DNA of 64,000 nucleotides, taken from positions 768,001 through 832,000 of the forward strand of contig OY969934.1 in assembly GCA_963704725.1 (NCBI GenBank), given 5' to 3'. The stretch's first letter is position 1; each line of letters begins with the position of its first letter. The position numbers were made by a program, and so were the translations under genes. The notes under the pieces are model-generated. The model saw only the letters and a list, made by a program, of their open reading frames with translations. It was not told where the DNA came from and did no database searches. This stretch comes from an uncultured Actinomycetes bacterium (GTDB lineage Bacteria > Actinomycetota > UBA4738 > HRBIN12). Shown here one piece after another: positions 16,222-26,375 of the stretch.

Positions 16222-18849
16222 GTGACCTCGCGCAGCCAACCGGCGCCCGTCGCGGCCGAGATGCCCGCGCCGCTGCGGCGCGACGTTCGTGCGCTGTCGA
16301 CGATCCTGGGGCGGGTCCTCGCGGAGACCGAGGGCCCGGAACTGCTCGAGCGCGTCGAGGAGCTTCGCCGAGCGACGATAGCCCTGCGCACCGCGCCGAG
16401 CGCCGAGCGACGGGCGCACGTCCTGCGGATCGTCCGGTCGCTCGACGGCCCCCGTGCCGAGCCCGTGGCGAGGGCGTTCACCTGCTACTTCCAGCTCGCG
16501 AACCTGGCCGAGGAGCGACACCGGGTCCGCGAGCTCCTGGCCCGGTCCCACGGCCCCCACCCGCTCGAGGAGTCGATCGAGGCCGCGGTCTCGGCGCTCC
16601 GCGAACGGATCGGGCAGGAAGGTGCCCTCGAGGCCGTCCGGGGTCTCGACGTCCTGCCGGTGCTGACGGCTCACCCCACCGAGGCCCGGAGGCGGACGAC
16701 GCTCGAGACGCTGTGGCGGATCGGCGACCTCCTGGCGCGCGCCGACGACCCGCGCGCGAGCGGCGACGCCGGGCTCGAGACGGAGCGCCGCCTGTACGAG
16801 GAGATCACGGCGCTGTGGCGCACCGAGCCCGTCCGCTCGCACCGGCCGCAGCCGCTCGACGAGGTCCGGGCGACGATGGCCCTGTTCGACCAGACGATCT
16901 TCCGGTTGCTGCCGGCGCTGTGTCGCGAGCTCGACCGGGCGGTCCTGCCCGGCACCGGCGCCCGACCCCCGGCGTTCGCCGGCGTCCCGGTCCGGTGGGG
17001 GACGTGGGTCGGCGGCGATCGCGACGGGAACCCGGACGTGACGCCCGAGATCACGCTCCGGGCCGCCCGGATCGCCTCGGAGCACGTCCTGCTGGGGCTC
17101 GAGGCCGCGACGCGCCGGATCGCCCGCGCGCTCTCGGTGTCCGATCGTGACGTCCCGCCGTCCGAGGCCCTGCTGCGCTCGATCGAGCGCGACGAGGCCC
17201 TGCTGCCGCGCGTCGCGGCCGAGCTCCGGCGCAAGCTCCCCGGGATGGCGCACCGGCTCCGGCTCGCGCTATGCGCCCATCGGCTCGGGGCGACGAGGCT
17301 GAGGACCGAGGCGGCGTACGGCGGGCCCGAGGAGCTGCTGGCCGACCTGCGGGCGCTGCAGGCCTCGCTGGCCTCGGCCGGCGCCGAGCGGCTGGCCTTC
17401 GGCGAGGTGCAGCACCTCGTGTGGCAGCTCGAGGCGTTCGGGTTCCACCTCGCCGAGCTCGAGGTTCGCCAGCATTCGGAGGCGATCGCGGCCGCGGCAC
17501 GCGAGCTCCGCCGCCGGCCGTCCGAGCCCTCTCGCTCCCTGGCCGAGGCGCTCGGCACGCTCCGCGCGATGGGGGAGATCCAGGCGTCGATCGGTGTGGG
17601 CGGCTGCCACCGTTTCGTCCTGTCGTTCACGAGGAGCGGCCGGGACGTGGCGGCCGTCCACGCGCTCGCGCGGGCGGCGGTCGCCGGCCGCCGGTTGGAG
17701 TTCGACGTGGTCCCGCTGTTCGAGACGCGCGAGGACCTGGAGCGGATCGCCGAGACCTGCGACGCGATCGTCGAGCTGCCGCCGGTCCGGCGGCGCCTGG
17801 CCCGCGACGGCGCCGTCTTCGAGGTCATGCTGGGCTACTCGGACTCGGCCAAGCGCTCCGGCGTGCTCGCCGCCAACGTCGCCCTGTACCGGGCCCAGGT
17901 CGAGCTCGTCGCGTGGGCGAAGCGCCGCGGGCTCGCCCTCCGCATCTTCCACGGCCGCGGCGGCGCGCTGGGGCGGGGCGGCGGCCCCACCAACCGGGCG
18001 ATGCTGGGACAGCCGGCGGGGTCGCTCGCCGGACGCTTCAAGGTCACCGAGCAGGGGGAGGTCGCGTTCTCCCGGTACGGGGACGCCGCGCTGGCGCGGC
18101 GCCACCTCGAGCAGATCGTGAACGCCCTGCTCCTCGCCTCGACACCGGAGCACGAGGAGGAGGCACGGCGCGGGTGGGAGGCGTTCGGCCCGGCGGCGCG
18201 CGCGATGGCGGACGTGTCCGAGGCGGCGTGGCGCCATCTGGTCGGACGTCCCGGGTTCGTCCCGTTCTTCGACCGCGCCACGCCGATCCGCGAGATCGAG
18301 GGCATCCCGATCGGCTCGAGGCCGTCGCGCCGGTCGGCGAGCCCGACGCTCGACGACGTGCGCGCGATCCCGTGGGTGTTCGCCTGGGGCCAGGCCCGGA
18401 TCGGCCTGCCGGGCTGGTACGGGGTGGGCGCGGCCCTGGCGTCGGTGGCGCGCGAGCCGGGCGGGATGGAGGGCCTGCGCGAGATGCACCGGCGCTGGGC
18501 CTTCTTCTCCTCGCTCCTGGAGAACGTGCAGCTCTCGCTTGCCAAGGCGGATCGGCAGGTGGCGCAGGCCTACCTGGAGGCGGCCGGCGACGACTCGATC
18601 GCCGCGGACGTCCTCGACGAGTTCGATCGCACGCACGAGCTGGTGCTCCGCGTCGCCGAGCTCGACGCGCCGCTCGCGCATCGCCCGGTGCTTCGGCGCG
18701 CGATCGACCTGCGGAACCCCTACGTCGATGCGCTCTCGTTCCTGCAGTTCCGATTCCTGCCGGAGGCCCGGGCCGGCGACCCGGAGGCCGCCCGGGTCGT
18801 CTCCGTCACCGTGAACGGCATCGCGGCCGGGCTGCAGAACACGGGCTAG
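16222..18849 (+). CDS. ppc: Phosphoenolpyruvate carboxylase
   Basis: VLTAHPTE, GGDRDGNP, VMLGYSDSAK, FHGRGGALGRGG, RAIPWVF, GLQNTG*. Confidence 0.97.
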   Translation: MTSRSQPAPVAAEMPAPLRRDVRALSTILGRVLAETEGPELLERVEELRRATIALRTAPSAERRAHVLRIVRSLDGPRAEPVARAFTCYFQLANLAEERHRVRELLARSHGPHPLEESIEAAVSALRERIGQEGALEAVRGLDVLPVLTAHPTEARRRTTLETLWRIGDLLARADDPRASGDAGLETERRLYEEITALWRTEPVRSHRPQPLDEVRATMALFDQTIFRLLPALCRELDRAVLPGTGARPPAFAGVPVRWGTWVGGDRDGNPDVTPEITLRAARIASEHVLLGLEAATRRIARALSVSDRDVPPSEALLRSIERDEALLPRVAAELRRKLPGMAHRLRLALCAHRLGATRLRTEAAYGGPEELLADLRALQASLASAGAERLAFGEVQHLVWQLEAFGFHLAELEVRQHSEAIAAAARELRRRPSEPSRSLAEALGTLRAMGEIQASIGVGGCHRFVLSFTRSGRDVAAVHALARAAVAGRRLEFDVVPLFETREDLERIAETCDAIVELPPVRRRLARDGAVFEVMLGYSDSAKRSGVLAANVALYRAQVELVAWAKRRGLALRIFHGRGGALGRGGGPTNRAMLGQPAGSLAGRFKVTEQGEVAFSRYGDAALARRHLEQIVNALLLASTPEHEEEARRGWEAFGPAARAMADVSEAAWRHLVGRPGFVPFFDRATPIREIEGIPIGSRPSRRSASPTLDDVRAIPWVFAWGQARIGLPGWYGVGAALASVAREPGGMEGLREMHRRWAFFSSLLENVQLSLAKADRQVAQAYLEAAGDDSIAADVLDEFDRTHELVLRVAELDAPLAHRPVLRRAIDLRNPYVDALSFLQFRFLPEARAGDPEAARVVSVTVNGIAAGLQNTG

Positions 18850-21800
18850 GTGCGGGCGGCCTCGGCCGGGGTCGCCCTCTCGGCTCGCTCGGGCGCGCCG
18901 ACACCCGTCGCGGCGGGTCCGGGGACGACGCAGCGGAACATCGAGGCTGCCGATGGCCAGGCGTCGAGGACCTCGCGCGCCGGCACGGATCCGGTCAGAC
19001 GGAGGTGCCGGCGCAGGAGGTCGGCGAGCTCGTGGCGACCCTCGGCGTCGACGTCCACGAGACGGACGAGGTCGAGGTTCGTCAGGCGTTCCAGCGCGCC
19101 GTGCGGATCGAGCACGTAGGCCCGGCCCCCCGTCATGCCGGCCGCGAAATTGGGACCGACCTCGCCGAGGACGACGACGAGGCCGCCGGTCATGTACTCG
19201 CAGCCGTTCGCGCCCACGCCTTCGACCACGGCCGTCGCTCCCGAGTTGCGGACGGCGAATCGCTCGCCGGCGCCCCCCGCCGCGAACAGCTCGCCGCCGG
19301 TCGCCCCGTAGAGCGCGGCATTGCCGAGCAGCACGGCCCCGTGCTGGGCGCCGTCGGGCGGCGCGACGGTGATCCGGCCGCCGCCCATGGCCTTGCCCAC
19401 GCCGTCGTTCGCCGTGCCGCGGAGGTGGAGCTCGATCCCGCCGGTCAGGAACGCCCCCAGGCTCTGTCCGGCGTCGCCGGTGAGCGAGACGCGGACCCGG
19501 CCGGGTGGGGGCCGCTCGCCGAACGCCGCCGCCACGGAGCCGCCCAGCCGCGCTCCGACGGCGCGGTCCCGGTTCGTGATCGCGGAGGCGAGCTCGCCCC
19601 GGCCCCGTCCGAGGAGCGCGGGCAGCGCTTCCTCGGCCAGCCGGTCGCCGAGCTGCGAGCGCGGCCTCGCGGACGGGGGAGAGGCGAACGAACCTGCCTC
19701 GGCGGGCTCGAGCAGGCCGGAAAGATCGAGCCCGGCTCGGCGTTCCTGGCGGAGCAGGTCGAGGCGGCCGGTCGCCTCGTCCAGGGACCGGAGCCCGAGC
19801 GACGCGAGGATCCGCCGCACGTCCTCGGCGACGAGCGAGAGGTAGGCCGAGACCATCTCGGGGGTCCCGGCGAATCGCGCGCGGAGCTCCGGCCGCTGCG
19901 TGGCGATCCCGACCGGGCACGTGTCGAGGTGGCAGGTCCGGACCATCAGGCATCCCTGTGCCACGAGCACCGCGGTGCCGAACGAGAACTCGTCCGCGCC
20001 GAGCAGCGCCGCCACCACGACGTCGCGCCCGATCCGGAACCCGCCGTCCACGCGGAGCCTGACGCGGTCGCGCAGCCCGTCCTCGACGAGGCGCGTCCGG
20101 GTCTCGGCCAGGCCGAGCTCCCAGGGGAGCCCGGCGTGCTTGATCGAGGCGAGCGGCGAGGCGCCGGTGCCCCCGTCGGCGCCCGAGACGTGGACGACGT
20201 CGGCGAGTGCCTTCGTCACGCCGGCCGCGATCGTCCCCACCCCGGCCTCGGCCACGAGCTTGACCGAGACGTCGGCCCGCGGGTTGACCTGGCGGAGGTC
20301 GTACACGAGCTGCGCGAGATCCTCGATCGAGTAGATGTCGTGGTGCGGCGCAGGGCTGATGAGGTCGATCCCGGGCTGCGCGTGGCGGAGCGCGGCGATG
20401 CCGTCGGTGACCTTGGCCGCCGGGAGCTGGCCGCCCTCGCCCGGCTTGGAGCCCTGCGCGATCTTGATCTGGAGCTCGTCGGCCGCCATCACGTAGGCGG
20501 GCGTGACGCCGAAGCGCGCCGAGGCCACCTGCTTGATGCGCGAGGTCCGGTCGGTGCCGAACCGCGCCGGTTCCTCGCCCCCCTCGCCCGAGTTCGACCG
20601 CGCGCCGACGCGGTTCGCGCCCCGAGCCACGGTCTCGTGCGCCTCGGGCGAGATCGCGCCGAGGGAGATCGCGGCCGTCGAGAAGCGGGCCAGGATGGAC
20701 TCGGCCGGCTCGACGAGTCGGATCGGGATCGCGCCGCCCCCCGGGACCAGCTCGAGGAGGTCGCGCGGGGAGACCGGCGGCCGGCGCTCCACCAGCTCGA
20801 CGAAGCGCGCGAACGCCTCGGGATCCGGCCCTGCCGTGGCCCGGCGGAGCAGATGCGCGCTCCTCGTCTCCTGCTCGGCGTGGCCCGGTTCGTCCGCGCC
20901 GGCGGCGGTCGAGCGCAAGCGCTCCAGTCCGGGGTCGACGGTCCGGTGCAGGGCCCGCACGACCTCGGGGTTCGTCCCGTGGTACTCGCCCCCGCGATGG
21001 AACTTCACGATGCCGGGGTTGGCCATCTCCGCTCGGCCGTTGGCGTACGCCACGGCGTGGCGGCAGAGCGCCTGCTCCGCGAGCGCCGCGAACCCCAGCC
21101 CGCCGATCGCCGAGACCACGCCGGGGAAGCAGCGCTCGATCACGTCGTCGTCCAGACCGATCGCGTCGACCGCCCGCGCGCCCCGGTACGCGTCGAGGAT
21201 GGAGATCCCCAGGCGCGACATCGACTTGCGCACGCCCTCTTCGACCGCCCGGCGGTAGCGGACGCGGGCCTGCACGGCCGAGCCGGACCCGGGGAGTCGT
21301 CCGTCGGCGTGCAGCGCGGTGACGGTGGCGAGGGCAAGTCGCGGCACGAGCGCGTCCGCCCCGCAGGTGAGCAGGCAGGCGGCGTCGTGCGAGCCGAAGG
21401 CGTCGTCGACGGCCGCGACGACGGAGCTGCGCAGGCGCAGGCCGCGCTCAGAGAGCGCCGTATGCACCCGGCCCACCGCAAGGATGCCGGGGACCGGGAC
21501 GCGGGACGGCCCGGCGGCGGCGTGCGTCACCACGAGGATGCCCTCGTCCGCCATGGCGCCGAGCTCGGCCTCCCGGGCCAGGCGCTCGAGGGCGGCCTCC
21601 AGGCCCGCCGGCCCCTCGGCCGCGTCCCACGTCGCGTCGAGCCGGGCCCCCGCAGGGGTGCCCTCCAAGAAGAAGGAGTCGAGCTCGACCATCCGGGGCT
21701 CGGCCGGTCCGTCCAGGAGCAGGGGCGGCCGGGGACCGAGCAGCGTCCGCAGCGACATCACCCAGCCCTCGCGGAGGTGGTCGAGGGCGGGGTTCGTGAC

Positions 21801-23381
21801 CTGGGCGAACCGCTGGCGCAGGAACGCCGTCACCGGCCGGGGCGACGTCGCGAGCGGCGGGATCGGCGTGTCGTCGCCCATCGAGAACGTGGGCTCGTGG
21901 CCGCCCGAGGCCATCGCGCGGATCGCCAGCGTCAGGTCCTCGCGCGTGAGGCCGTGCGTGACCTGACTCCTCGCGAGGTCGGCCGGCCCCTCGTCGGCGG
22001 TCGCGAGCGGAAGGGACCGCGTCCGTTCCTGCTCGAGCCACCGCGCGTACGGGCGCTCGCGAACGATCGACGCGAGCGGGTCGAGCTCGAGTCCGCCGTC
22101 CGCCGGGCCGAGCAGGAGGACCTCGTCGGCCCCGAGACGGAGCCCGCCGGCCGTGGGGTCGACCGCCAGCATCTCGCCGGGTCCCAGCCGCCCGTGCCGC
22201 ACCCGCGCGCCGTCGAGGTCGACCACGCCCGTCTCCGACGCGCAGACGACGAGCCCGTCCTCGGTCGACGCGTACCGCATCGGCCGCAACCCGTTGCGGT
22301 CCAGCGCGGCGCCCACCACGTGCCCGTCGGTGAACACGAGCGCCGCCGGGCCGTCCCACGGCTCCATCCGCGCCTCGTGCCACCGGAAGAACGCGCGGGC
22401 GTCCTCGGTCACAGTGGGGTCGCGCTCCCACGCCCGCGGGACGGCGGCGGCGATCGCGCCGCGAACGTCGCGGGGCGCGGCGCCCTCGCCGCTGTGGCTC
22501 GTCAGGAGGTCGATCGCCTCGTCGAGCATCGAGGAGTCCGAGCCGCGCTCGTCGAGCGGGGTGCGGAGCAGGTCCTCGAGCTCGGGGTCGCCCGAGCCGA
22601 ACGCGCCCTGCCGCGCTCGCATCCGTGCCGCGTTCCCGGCGATCGTGTTGATCTCGCCGTTGTGGCACAGCACGCGGAACGGCTGCGCGCGCTCCCACCC
22701 CGGCGACGTGTTCGTCGAGTAGCGCTGGTGGAAGATCGCGAACCACCCGCGGGTGCGCTCGTCGCGGAGGTCCGGGTAGAACGCGTCGAGCTGGCTCGCG
22801 CGCACGAGCGCCTTGTAGGTGACGGTGCGGTAGCCGAGCGAGACGACGTACGCGTCGAGCCCCTCGGCGGCGATCGCCCGCTCCAGGCGGCGGCGGATGC
22901 GGTGCGCCACGGTGCGTTCGCGGCCCGGCGCCGCCGAGAGGACGGCCTGGAGGACCGAGGGCGCTGACGCGGCGGCGGCCGGGCCGAGGGCCCGTGGTTC
23001 GACCGGCACCGGCCGCCACGCGCGAACCGCGACCCCTTCCGCCTCGCACGCCGGCGGCAGGAGGTCGACCAGGCGCCGCACGGCGTCGCCCCTCGCGAAC
23101 AACGACGCGAGTCCCATCGAGCCCCGGCGGCGGGCCGGGATCCCGAGCTCCTCGCCCAGCAGGTCGCGGGGGATCGGCAGGAGCATCCCCGCACCGTCGC
23201 CGGTCATGCCGTCGCCGGCCTGCGCGCCGCGGTGCTCGAGCCGCCGCAGCGCCTCGAGCCCGAGCTCGATCACCCGCCGGCTCTCGGCCCCCGTCGCGTC
23301 GGCGACGAAGCCGATGCCGCACGCGCTGCGCTCGGATCGGGGGTCCCAGCCCGGGAGCGACGGACGCCGGCGTGCCTGCAT
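18846..23381 (-). CDS. gltB: Glutamate synthase large subunit
   Basis: ACGIGFVA (N-terminal nucleophile Cys), HQRYSTNT, HNGEINT, IKQVASARFGV, QGSKPGEGGQLP, CLMVRTCHLDTCP, GERFAVRNSG. Confidence 0.96.
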   Translation of the reverse strand: MQARRRPSLPGWDPRSERSACGIGFVADATGAESRRVIELGLEALRRLEHRGAQAGDGMTGDGAGMLLPIPRDLLGEELGIPARRRGSMGLASLFARGDAVRRLVDLLPPACEAEGVAVRAWRPVPVEPRALGPAAAASAPSVLQAVLSAAPGRERTVAHRIRRRLERAIAAEGLDAYVVSLGYRTVTYKALVRASQLDAFYPDLRDERTRGWFAIFHQRYSTNTSPGWERAQPFRVLCHNGEINTIAGNAARMRARQGAFGSGDPELEDLLRTPLDERGSDSSMLDEAIDLLTSHSGEGAAPRDVRGAIAAAVPRAWERDPTVTEDARAFFRWHEARMEPWDGPAALVFTDGHVVGAALDRNGLRPMRYASTEDGLVVCASETGVVDLDGARVRHGRLGPGEMLAVDPTAGGLRLGADEVLLLGPADGGLELDPLASIVRERPYARWLEQERTRSLPLATADEGPADLARSQVTHGLTREDLTLAIRAMASGGHEPTFSMGDDTPIPPLATSPRPVTAFLRQRFAQVTNPALDHLREGWVMSLRTLLGPRPPLLLDGPAEPRMVELDSFFLEGTPAGARLDATWDAAEGPAGLEAALERLAREAELGAMADEGILVVTHAAAGPSRVPVPGILAVGRVHTALSERGLRLRSSVVAAVDDAFGSHDAACLLTCGADALVPRLALATVTALHADGRLPGSGSAVQARVRYRRAVEEGVRKSMSRLGISILDAYRGARAVDAIGLDDDVIERCFPGVVSAIGGLGFAALAEQALCRHAVAYANGRAEMANPGIVKFHRGGEYHGTNPEVVRALHRTVDPGLERLRSTAAGADEPGHAEQETRSAHLLRRATAGPDPEAFARFVELVERRPPVSPRDLLELVPGGGAIPIRLVEPAESILARFSTAAISLGAISPEAHETVARGANRVGARSNSGEGGEEPARFGTDRTSRIKQVASARFGVTPAYVMAADELQIKIAQGSKPGEGGQLPAAKVTDGIAALRHAQPGIDLISPAPHHDIYSIEDLAQLVYDLRQVNPRADVSVKLVAEAGVGTIAAGVTKALADVVHVSGADGGTGASPLASIKHAGLPWELGLAETRTRLVEDGLRDRVRLRVDGGFRIGRDVVVAALLGADEFSFGTAVLVAQGCLMVRTCHLDTCPVGIATQRPELRARFAGTPEMVSAYLSLVAEDVRRILASLGLRSLDEATGRLDLLRQERRAGLDLSGLLEPAEAGSFASPPSARPRSQLGDRLAEEALPALLGRGRGELASAITNRDRAVGARLGGSVAAAFGERPPPGRVRVSLTGDAGQSLGAFLTGGIELHLRGTANDGVGKAMGGGRITVAPPDGAQHGAVLLGNAALYGATGGELFAAGGAGERFAVRNSGATAVVEGVGANGCEYMTGGLVVVLGEVGPNFAAGMTGGRAYVLDPHGALERLTNLDLVRLVDVDAEGRHELADLLRRHLRLTGSVPAREVLDAWPSAASMFRCVVPGPAATGVGAPERAERATPAEAART

Positions 23382-23404
23382 GCGCTCGAACCTAGGGAGG
23401 GCCC

Positions 23405-23442
23405 GTTACGCGTCGGTTTCGAGCCCGTGAAGTGTCGATGTC
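23405..23442 (-). promoter_or_regulatory. GlnR-box array oriented toward gltB
   Basis: GACAT-n6-TTCAC-n6-GAAAC-n6-GTAAC (11-bp period). Confidence 0.75.
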
Positions 23443-23455
23443 CGCCCCCAGGAGC

Positions 23456-23493
23456 GAAACCGCCCGGACATCGAGCCGTAACCGGACGGAAAC
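23456..23493 (+). promoter_or_regulatory. GlnR-box array oriented toward the GS-like/glnR operon
   Basis: GAAAC-n6-GACAT-n6-GTAAC-n6-GAAAC. Confidence 0.75.
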
Positions 23494-23547
23494 CAACCGC
23501 CCCCGCGGGTGGCCCTAGGCTGCTCGGATCGACCGGAAGGAGGCGCG

Positions 23548-24873
23548 GTGGTCGAGGCCGAGAGCGAGTTCGTCCTGAAGCAGGCCGAGGAACGCGACAT
23601 CCGGTTCGTGCAGCTCTGGTTCACCGACGTGCTCGGCCAGCTCAAGGCGTTCGCGATCCCGGCGGAGGAGCTCCCCGAGGCGCTCTCGGAGGGCGCGTCC
23701 TTCGACGGCGCCTCGATCGAGGGGTTCTCGCGCGCCGACGAGGCCGACATGATCGCGATGCCGGTCCCGCGGACCTTCCAGTCGCTCCCGTGGCGTCCCG
23801 AACGGGCCGGCGTGGCGCGCATGTTCTGCGATGTGCTCACCGCCGACGGCGACCCGTTCGAGGGCGATCCGCGGCGCGTGCTCAAGCAGGCCATGGCGCG
23901 GGTGCGCGACCTGGGATTCACGGCGTACGTGGGCGGCGAGCTCGACTTCTTCCTCCTTGCGGGGCCGGACGATCCCACACCGGTCGACACCGGCTCGTAC
24001 TTCGACCTCACGCCGCTCGACTCGGCGAACGACTTCCGCCGCCGCGTGCTGATGTACTTGGAGACGCTCGGCATCCCCGTGAAGGACTCGCACCACGAGG
24101 ACGCCGCGTCGCAGCACGGCGTCGACCTCCGCCACGCGGACGCGCTCACGATCGCCGACTCGCTCATGAGTTTCCGTCTCGTCGTGAAGGAGGTGGCGCG
24201 CGAGTTCGACCTGTACGCCACGTTCATGCCGAAGCCGATCGAGGGCGTCCAGGGCTCGGGGCTGCACACCCACCTGTCGCTGTTCGAGGGCGAGCGCAAC
24301 GCGTTCTTCGATCCCACCGACGAGTACCACCTGTCGAAGGTGGGGCGGATGTTCATGGCGGGACTGCTCGCGCACGCCCGCGAGATCACGGCGGTGACGA
24401 ACCAGTGGGTCAACTCGTACAAGCGACTCGTCCCGGGGTTCGAGGCGCCGACGCACGTGTCGTGGGGCGCGAGGAACCGCTCGACGCTCGTGCGGATCCC
24501 GCTGACGAAGCGGGGCAAGGAGAGCTCATGCCGCATCGAGTACCGGGCGCCCGATCCCGCGTGCAACCCGTACCTCACGCTCGCCGTGATCCTGTCGGCC
24601 GGCGTGGCCGGGATCCGCGGGGAGTACGAGCTCCCGCCCGAGGCCGGACCGGACCTGCTCGCCGAAACGCTGGCCGGTCGCGAGACGGGGATCGCGCCGC
24701 TGCCCGACACGCTGCCCGAGGCGCTCGAGGCCATGCGGGGGAGCGAGCTCGTGCGCGAGACGCTCGGCGACCATCTCTTCGAGTGGTTCCTCGCGAACAA
24801 GGTCGCGGAGTGGGGCGAGCACAAGCGGCACGTGAGCCGTCTCGAGATCGAGCGCTACCTCCCGAGGCTGTGA
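23548..24873 (+). CDS. Glutamine synthetase family protein (GlnA2/GSI-alpha-like) with degenerate metal ligands
   Basis: RBS AAGGAGG then GTG. IRFVQLWFTDVLG, ATFMPKP, NSYKRLVPGFEAP, RIEYRAPD; but GGELDFF and HHEDAASQHGVD. Confidence 0.92.
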   Translation: MVEAESEFVLKQAEERDIRFVQLWFTDVLGQLKAFAIPAEELPEALSEGASFDGASIEGFSRADEADMIAMPVPRTFQSLPWRPERAGVARMFCDVLTADGDPFEGDPRRVLKQAMARVRDLGFTAYVGGELDFFLLAGPDDPTPVDTGSYFDLTPLDSANDFRRRVLMYLETLGIPVKDSHHEDAASQHGVDLRHADALTIADSLMSFRLVVKEVAREFDLYATFMPKPIEGVQGSGLHTHLSLFEGERNAFFDPTDEYHLSKVGRMFMAGLLAHAREITAVTNQWVNSYKRLVPGFEAPTHVSWGARNRSTLVRIPLTKRGKESSCRIEYRAPDPACNPYLTLAVILSAGVAGIRGEYELPPEAGPDLLAETLAGRETGIAPLPDTLPEALEAMRGSELVRETLGDHLFEWFLANKVAEWGEHKRHVSRLEIERYLPRL

Positions 24874-25553
24874 TGAGCGTCGTCTCGCCGGAACGGCCCG
24901 TGGCGCTGGTCGGCGCCGAGCACGAGGCCTCGGCCAGTGCGCTCCACGACGACCTGCGGGCGCTCTCGTACGAGGTCGTGGCGTTCCGGCTCGATCGGGT
25001 GGAGGAGCGGCCCGCCGCCTCCCTCGCCGTGTTGGCGACCGCCGGCGCGCTCGCCGCGTGCGCCCGGGCATCCGAGGAGATCCGCCGGGCCTCGGACGGC
25101 GTCCCGATCCTGTGGGTGGTCGAGCCCCCCGACCTCGGCGCCCTCGAACGGCACGAGCGGCTGTTCGACGACTTCCTCCGCACGCCGTACGCGACCCCGG
25201 AGCTCGACGCGCGCCTGCGGCGCCTCCGCCGGGCGTCCGGGGAGCCGGGCCCCGAGGTGGTCCGGATCGGCCGGCTCGAGATGGACCCGGCCAGCTACCG
25301 GGCGAGCGTCGACGGCCGGCCGTTGAAGCTCACGTACATGGAGTACGAGCTGCTCCGCTACCTCGCGTCGCGACCGGGCCGCATCCACACGCGCGAGGCG
25401 ATCCTGCGCGGCGTGTGGGGCTACGACTACTACGGCGGGATGCGCACGGTCGACGTCCACGTCCGGCGACTCCGGGCCAAGCTCGGGCAGGAGCACGGCC
25501 GGATGATCGAGACGGTCCGCGGCGTGGGGTACGGGCTGACCGACCGCGTGTGA
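24873..25553 (+). CDS. glnR: OmpR-type winged-helix regulator with atypical receiver domain, GlnR-like
   Basis: LTYMEYELLRYLA...VWGYDYYGGMRTVDVHVRRLRAKLG. TGATG coupling to the GS-like gene; GlnR boxes nearby. Confidence 0.8.
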   Translation: MSVVSPERPVALVGAEHEASASALHDDLRALSYEVVAFRLDRVEERPAASLAVLATAGALAACARASEEIRRASDGVPILWVVEPPDLGALERHERLFDDFLRTPYATPELDARLRRLRRASGEPGPEVVRIGRLEMDPASYRASVDGRPLKLTYMEYELLRYLASRPGRIHTREAILRGVWGYDYYGGMRTVDVHVRRLRAKLGQEHGRMIETVRGVGYGLTDRV

Positions 25554-25563
25554 GCGCGAGGTG

Positions 25564-25992
25564 TCAACCGGCCTCGACCAGCTCGAACCCCTCTCCTCTC
25601 GCCGCCTGGACCAGCCGCTCGTCGAGCGAGAGGAAGGCGTGACCGGGCGGCCGACCCCGCGCCCACGTGAGCGCGGCGCCGAGCTGCAGCGCGTCGGCCG
25701 CTCTCAGCGGATGACGAAGCAGGAGCGAGCCGGCGCGCTCCCGGACCTCGTCCGCCGGCTGGACCTCATTCCATCGATCGGAGAGGCGGTGGAGGGTTCG
25801 CCTGGCCTGCTCGGCGTCCGGAGTCGTGAGGTCGCGCTCTCGCTCCGAGCGGGCGAGGGCGGACAGCACCTCCACCGGTGAGCCCCACCACACGATCATC
25901 TCCGCGTCCCGCTCCACCACCGCTCGCACGTGATCCGACCGGTCCTGTGAGAGCACGAGCGGGACGATCGCAGAGGAGTCCCAGAAGATCAT
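25564..25992 (-). CDS. VapC family PIN-domain toxin
   Basis: MIFWDSSAIVPL, LRAADALQLGAA, FLSLDERL. Confidence 0.92.
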   Translation of the reverse strand: MIFWDSSAIVPLVLSQDRSDHVRAVVERDAEMIVWWGSPVEVLSALARSERERDLTTPDAEQARRTLHRLSDRWNEVQPADEVRERAGSLLLRHPLRAADALQLGAALTWARGRPPGHAFLSLDERLVQAARGEGFELVEAG

Positions 25993-26292
25993 TCAGGGTC
26001 CTTCGCGTCGCTCGGCGAGGAGGGCCGCGAGCACCGCGCCACGGCGGTCGTTCGGTATGGGCGCGTCCCAAAAGTCGTCGCGAAGCCGGTGCTTGGGTGG
26101 CCTGACGAGGCCAGCCCGGATGAGCTCGGTCAGCTCTGCCGAACCGGCCTTCGCCTTCGGGACGGGGGACAAGACCGCCACCGGCCGCCCTCGCTCCGTG
26201 ACGACGACCTCCTCGCCGGCCTTGACCCTTCGGAGCTGCTCAGACAGCTTGGCCTTGAGCTCGGAAACCGAGATGCTGACCAATCTGGTCAC
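25993..26292 (-). CDS. Phd/YefM family antitoxin
   Basis: ISVSELKAKLSEQLRRVKAGEEVVVTERGRPVA. Start GTG 26292 or TTG 26283. Confidence 0.9.
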   Translation of the reverse strand: MTRLVSISVSELKAKLSEQLRRVKAGEEVVVTERGRPVAVLSPVPKAKAGSAELTELIRAGLVRPPKHRLRDDFWDAPIPNDRRGAVLAALLAERREGP

Positions 26293-26305
26293 CTCCTGTT
26301 GACCA
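26277..26305. promoter_or_regulatory. Probable TA autoregulatory operator
   Basis: TGACCA-atc-TGGTCA-n8-TGACCA inverted hexamers over the antitoxin start. Confidence 0.5.
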
Positions 26306-26375
26306 CTGTATCCCAAATCCGAAGCGTGTGACCTCGCCCGAGGGCCCCTCACAGGCGTGGCCGGTTCCGGGGTAT

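Noticed and set aside
17269-22967. Very long alternative ORFs (e.g. 17271..22967 +, 17269..19953 -, and similar ones across the window)
   Set aside because: Shadow frames of ppc/gltB caused by stop-codon scarcity at high GC; Arg/Gly/Pro-rich with no motifs.
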